Shown here one piece after another: positions 60,659 to 64,000 of a stretch of 64,000 nucleotides of DNA (position 1 is the first letter of the stretch; every line of letters begins with the position of its first letter). The translations under genes were made by a program, and so were the position numbers. The stretch comes from an uncultured beta proteobacterium (GTDB lineage Bacteria > Pseudomonadota > Gammaproteobacteria > Burkholderiales > Burkholderiaceae_C), in contig CAIMBE010000126.1 of NCBI GenBank assembly GCA_903839085.1, positions 4,014 to 68,013 of the forward strand, given 5' to 3'. The notes under the pieces are model-generated. The model was not told the DNA's origin. It searched no databases and was given only the letters and a program-made list of their open reading frames with translations.

Positions 60659-61099
60659 ATGACACCCTTGATGCAGCCAGTTTACCGGCCCATGTTCGCT
60701 GCCTACGGCCTGGTCTTCGCTTGCGGACCGGTTGGTGCCTGGCTCGCTCTGCACAGTGGCATCGGTCTTGGCGCCGCATCCTGCACCCCAACTGCCCTGC
60801 TCACCCTGCTGCTGATCGCGCCGATCGCTGAAGAAACCGTGTTTCGACTGGGCCTGCACAACTTCTTGCTCAACCGGTTTCAGATGTGTTGGGGCGCGCT
60901 CAGCCTGGCCAATGCTCTGGTCGCCGTGGTATTTTCTGCCCTTCACGCCCTGCACCAGGGTTCGATCAGAATGCTGCTCACCGCTGTACCCGCGTTGCTG
61001 CTCGGTTGGCTGTGGGAACGCAGCGGACGCCGCTTGCAGGTACCGAGCGGGTTTCATGCCTGGTTCAACCTGTGCCTGGCGCTGGTCAGTTGCCGGTAG
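60659..61099 (+). CDS. mini CPBP-family (CAAX-protease-like) glutamic intramembrane endopeptidase
   Basis: All three CPBP motifs occur in order: PIAEETVFR (EExxxR), FSALHAL (FxxxH) and HAWFN (HxxxN). They are embedded in hydrophobic helices. Start is ATG 60659; 60671 and 60692 are alternatives. Confidence 0.8.
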   Translation: MTPLMQPVYRPMFAAYGLVFACGPVGAWLALHSGIGLGAASCTPTALLTLLLIAPIAEETVFRLGLHNFLLNRFQMCWGALSLANALVAVVFSALHALHQGSIRMLLTAVPALLLGWLWERSGRRLQVPSGFHAWFNLCLALVSCR

Positions 61100-61106
61100 A
61101 CCGCCA

Positions 61107-63974
61107 TCAGTAGAAGTCATAGCGGTAGCCAAGGTAGAAGAATACGGCCGAAGAATCCTCGTGGTTGGTCGGTCCGTCGGTCGTGGAGTGCTCGTAAATG
61201 GTCTCACCCAGCAAGCTGGCGCGATCCGAGATCTTGTAGGAGAGCCGCACGCCCGGAGACACGCGCGACACCTTGGTTGCGGTGTTGTCAATCTGCGAAT
61301 AGATGCGTAGTGAGGGCTCGAAGCTCGCCTTGTTATCTAGAAAACCGGTTAGGTTGTTGTAAGCCATTTGCGTTCCGCGCAATGTGTCGCTGTGCATGAC
61401 GCTAAGGTTGAAGCCGTTGATGTCGCGGTTTGAATATAGATTGGAACCAGTCAACTGTATGGAGACGTTGTACTGGGCACCGGTTGCGGGCATGGCTTGG
61501 AAGTCGCCGACGGCGGGTAAGGCCCCAACATCGCTATAACGCAGATCAAGCGTGCCCTGCCACTTCGGCGCCAGTGCGCGCGAAACACTGAACAGTGCCT
61601 GGCGCGCCAGCGCCGCCGTGCCCAAGGCCATTTCCTTGACCTCGGCCAGACTCTTGAGTTGTAACAATGTCTTGAGCGAGGTCGTACCTGAGCTGATCAG
61701 GGCGTCGCTCAATTGAAGCGAAGGCGCCTTGCGGCTGTCAAGCAGCAAGGTGATCGTGGTGCCCAGCGGCCCCTGCACCGATCCCTGCATGGTGGCAGCA
61801 TTGAGGGTGCGGAAGTTGAGGTCGTAATCAAGTTGCGAGTACATCGACAGCGAGTCGCCAAAATAACGCAATTCAAAACCCGCCGCCCGGCGGTCCGAAA
61901 TACCCTCAGACTTCTGGTCCACCAGCGAAATATTGCCGCCCCAGTGATCAAACAGGTTGTCGGCCTCCAGCACCAGGCCCGCCAGTCGCTGTGATGGCGC
62001 TGACACCAGCGTATTGGCCGGTGCGCCGGCCATGGCATCAAGCCTGAACTTTCCGCCAACCGGCATCATCAGCGAGACACCGTCAAACAAGCCAAACAAG
62101 GAACCACCGATCGCCGCCTGGCGCCCGAACCGCACGTCGAGTTGCGGATCGCGGAAACGGTAATCCACATAGACCGCACTCAGGCCGCTTTGCGTATTGG
62201 TCGAAGTGATGAAGTTCTTGGAATAGGTGTCACGCAGGACAAGCTTGGTTTCCGAGTTCTCCGACTTGTAGCGCCCGGAGAGGTCAACGCTGGTCACTAG
62301 CGTTGATTGGTTGGTGCGGCTCAGCGTGCTCTGGTCAATTCCAGCGGCAATGTTGACCAGCGAATCGGTCTTCGAGCGCCCGCCATAGTAATACTGCGAA
62401 ACACTGCCCGAGGAAATCAGGCCGCCCTGCCCTGACGCTGCATCGGGCTTGTCCGTTGTTTTGGCGCCGCTGGCGATGGGAGCGCCCAGCGCGTCAAGAC
62501 GCTGCGCCACACGCAGCGCCGCCTCACCCTGGGGATAGAGCCGAAGGTACAACTGGTACTCGATGCGGGCCTTCTCGTTCTGTTTCAGACCCTCCCAGGC
62601 GGCGCCAATCAATTCCTGGGCCTGCTGTGATGCCCGATTGGGTGGCAGCAGCAAAGTTTGGTTGAAAGCCACCACGGCATCCTGCCAACGCTGCTGGCTC
62701 AGGGCAAACTGCCCCCTGTGAAGCAATTCAGCGGCCTGGCCGTTGACCTTGGCAACGGACTCGTTGTCAGGCAGCACCGCGTCAGCCGGGGCCTGCACTA
62801 CAGCCAAGGCGACCGGCGGCATCGCCGGGCTAGGCGGCGGTGCCGTACTTGCGACGACGACGGGGCTGGGCGCGACAGTCACAGCGGTTGTCGGCGTCAG
62901 CGACGCCAGAGGAACAACACTGGCCATCGGGAAACTACCTGCGGCCCTGTCTCGCACTGTCTGGGCCTCCTCCAGCGTGCGGAAATACCCCATTGCCAGC
63001 GCCAAGCGCTGGTCACCGTCCTGTTCGAGCTTGCGCGTGAAGACCGTATAGTCTTGAAACTGCGCCGCCACACGCGGCATTTTGGCCGCATCGTCGAGCG
63101 CAAAAGTCTGTAACAACACCACATAGCGCCGCTCATCGGGCACGGCAGCCATCGCTGCGAGCCCCGCGGGTGGCGGCGCAACCGGGCCTCTACCACCCGA
63201 CGCGAGTGGCGTCGGCGCCAGTTGCCCGTTCTGGAGGACGCTGGCCAAGGGGAATCGATCCGCCGCGCGGTCCCGCACCGTTTGCGCCTCGGCCTGTGTC
63301 CGAAAATAACCCATGACCAGCGCAAAGCGCTGCCGACCATCCTGTTCGATCTTGCGAGTGAAAACCGCGTAGTCCTGAAATTGCGCTGCCACGCGCGGCA
63401 TTTCTGCGGCCTCATCGATCGCAAAAGTCTGCAGCACCACGACATAACTCCTCTCATCGGGCCGGATCGCCATGGCCGGTAGCGGCTTGTCCGGTACCAA
63501 TGCCCCCCCTGCGCCATCAGCACCGACAAACGCAAGATCAATGGCGTGTGCCCCGGGTCCCTGGCGCGCCAGAACCCGGACCTTGTTGGTAAAGCGCAAA
63601 GACAGCGACTGGGTGAACAGTCTTGTTTGTGGAACATAGCTCAGGGCTATGCCCACCTTGCCGGCACTGCGCTCCAGGCGCTTGCTCTCTTCAACCGATT
63701 GCCCTGCCACGACCTCATCGGCCACAACAATCTGAAACCCCAGTTGCACCAGATCGGTCGGCGCCAGTGGTGACTGCCGCAGAAAACGCACGTTGGCGTT
63801 GAAGGTAATACGGGCTACCGCTGGCCTTGCGCCTTCAATCCATTGCAGACTTTCGATCGTCTGCGCCGACACCCCAGCGCAAAACAATGGCGAGCAGACC
63901 AAGCAGGCCCATAGCCGCAATGTTGCCGAACCCATTAAAACCACCCAAAAAGCGCGCGCCCGCACCGCCCACAC
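61107..63974 (-). CDS. outer-membrane protein: signal peptide, N-terminal domain, two SPOR-like domains, Pro/Ala linker, TPR segment, C-terminal ~440-aa beta-barrel
   Basis: The C-terminus YLGYRYDFY is a typical OMP terminal signature. An alternating-polarity beta-strand pattern runs through the last ~440 aa. The duplicated DER-YVV-LQTFA ... GYF-T--EAQTVRDRAA modules are SPOR-like. The start is GTG 63974 or ATG 63935. Confidence 0.85.
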   Translation of the reverse strand: MWAVRARAFWVVLMGSATLRLWACLVCSPLFCAGVSAQTIESLQWIEGARPAVARITFNANVRFLRQSPLAPTDLVQLGFQIVVADEVVAGQSVEESKRLERSAGKVGIALSYVPQTRLFTQSLSLRFTNKVRVLARQGPGAHAIDLAFVGADGAGGALVPDKPLPAMAIRPDERSYVVVLQTFAIDEAAEMPRVAAQFQDYAVFTRKIEQDGRQRFALVMGYFRTQAEAQTVRDRAADRFPLASVLQNGQLAPTPLASGGRGPVAPPPAGLAAMAAVPDERRYVVLLQTFALDDAAKMPRVAAQFQDYTVFTRKLEQDGDQRLALAMGYFRTLEEAQTVRDRAAGSFPMASVVPLASLTPTTAVTVAPSPVVVASTAPPPSPAMPPVALAVVQAPADAVLPDNESVAKVNGQAAELLHRGQFALSQQRWQDAVVAFNQTLLLPPNRASQQAQELIGAAWEGLKQNEKARIEYQLYLRLYPQGEAALRVAQRLDALGAPIASGAKTTDKPDAASGQGGLISSGSVSQYYYGGRSKTDSLVNIAAGIDQSTLSRTNQSTLVTSVDLSGRYKSENSETKLVLRDTYSKNFITSTNTQSGLSAVYVDYRFRDPQLDVRFGRQAAIGGSLFGLFDGVSLMMPVGGKFRLDAMAGAPANTLVSAPSQRLAGLVLEADNLFDHWGGNISLVDQKSEGISDRRAAGFELRYFGDSLSMYSQLDYDLNFRTLNAATMQGSVQGPLGTTITLLLDSRKAPSLQLSDALISSGTTSLKTLLQLKSLAEVKEMALGTAALARQALFSVSRALAPKWQGTLDLRYSDVGALPAVGDFQAMPATGAQYNVSIQLTGSNLYSNRDINGFNLSVMHSDTLRGTQMAYNNLTGFLDNKASFEPSLRIYSQIDNTATKVSRVSPGVRLSYKISDRASLLGETIYEHSTTDGPTNHEDSSAVFFYLGYRYDFY
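62913..63473 (-). repeat. tandem duplication (period 321 nt / 107 aa) encoding the two SPOR-like domains
   Basis: PDERSYVVVLQTFAIDEAAEMPRVAAQFQDYAVFTRKIEQDGRQRFALVMGYFRTQAEAQTVRDRAADRFPLASV aligns without gaps to PDERRYVVLLQTFALDDAAKMPRVAAQFQDYTVFTRKLEQDGDQRLALAMGYFRTLEEAQTVRDRAAGSFPMASV. The DNA copies are visibly similar. Confidence 0.75.
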
Positions 63975-64000
63975 CGACCAAAAAGGGCGGTGCGGACTTC

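Noticed and set aside
60650-61291. Upstream 214 codons of the 362-aa minus-strand ORF 60203-61291, which would give the DUF2844-like protein a long N-terminal extension.
   Set aside because: That part is Arg/Pro/Thr/Gln-rich with no features. It lies exactly opposite a plus-strand ORF carrying all three CPBP protease motifs. A clean signal peptide begins at the internal ATG 60649.
61107-61600. Whether the OM barrel protein might be an MtrB/PioB-type porin for the cytochrome.
   Set aside because: I see no N-terminal CXXC motif and no adjacent decahaem partner, and the protein has SPOR/TPR modules that are not typical of MtrB. Similarity cannot be judged without a search, so I did not call it MtrB-like.

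Overview
High-GC chromosomal segment whose gene content looks like a betaproteobacterium of the Burkholderiales (Comamonadaceae-like). The taxon is an inference from gene families, not a search result. I call about 55 protein genes and one tRNA-Val(GAC). I saw no rRNA, CRISPR array, transposase/IS or phage genes. CDS coordinates include the stop codon, and wherever I moved a start away from the ORF track I say so. Many long ORFs in the track are antisense shadows of real genes, as expected at this GC content. Positions 1-51500 are mostly core functions: the etfB-etfA-acyl-CoA dehydrogenase-NMO operon, a CoA-transferase::GNAT fusion, a SulP-STAS-cNMP transporter, MscS, an HDAC-type deacetylase, MoxR-DUF58-transglutaminase-MltB, def, ligA, OsmC, an SDR, dnaG-rpoD, an acyl-CoA ligase plus serine hydrolase, an aapJQMP-like ABC system plus a DmpA-type peptidase, ettA, a DEAD-box helicase, rmuC, an orphan TRAP binding protein, dxs-ispA-xseB, a Rieske oxygenase, a DMT transporter and a rhodanese. 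The stand-out region is 51502-63974, a tightly packed minus-strand cluster. It encodes an outer-membrane SPOR/TPR/beta-barrel protein, a small periplasmic protein, and a lipoprotein with pepsin-like DTG motifs. It also encodes a BNR beta-propeller with a Cys-containing C-terminal sorting tag, a membrane protein with two H-x13-H helices, and a 24-haem cytochrome c built from eight trihaem modules. The last two genes are a CcmI/NrfG-like TPR protein and a membrane-anchored Fe-S flavoprotein. A mini CPBP intramembrane protease gene is wedged antisense into this cluster. I read the cluster as a candidate envelope-spanning redox conduit with its own maturation and sorting accessories; this is a hypothesis. 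A second notable signal is a shared palindrome, TTGACGT-NN-ACGTCAA, upstream of the etf/acd operon and of the SDR gene.
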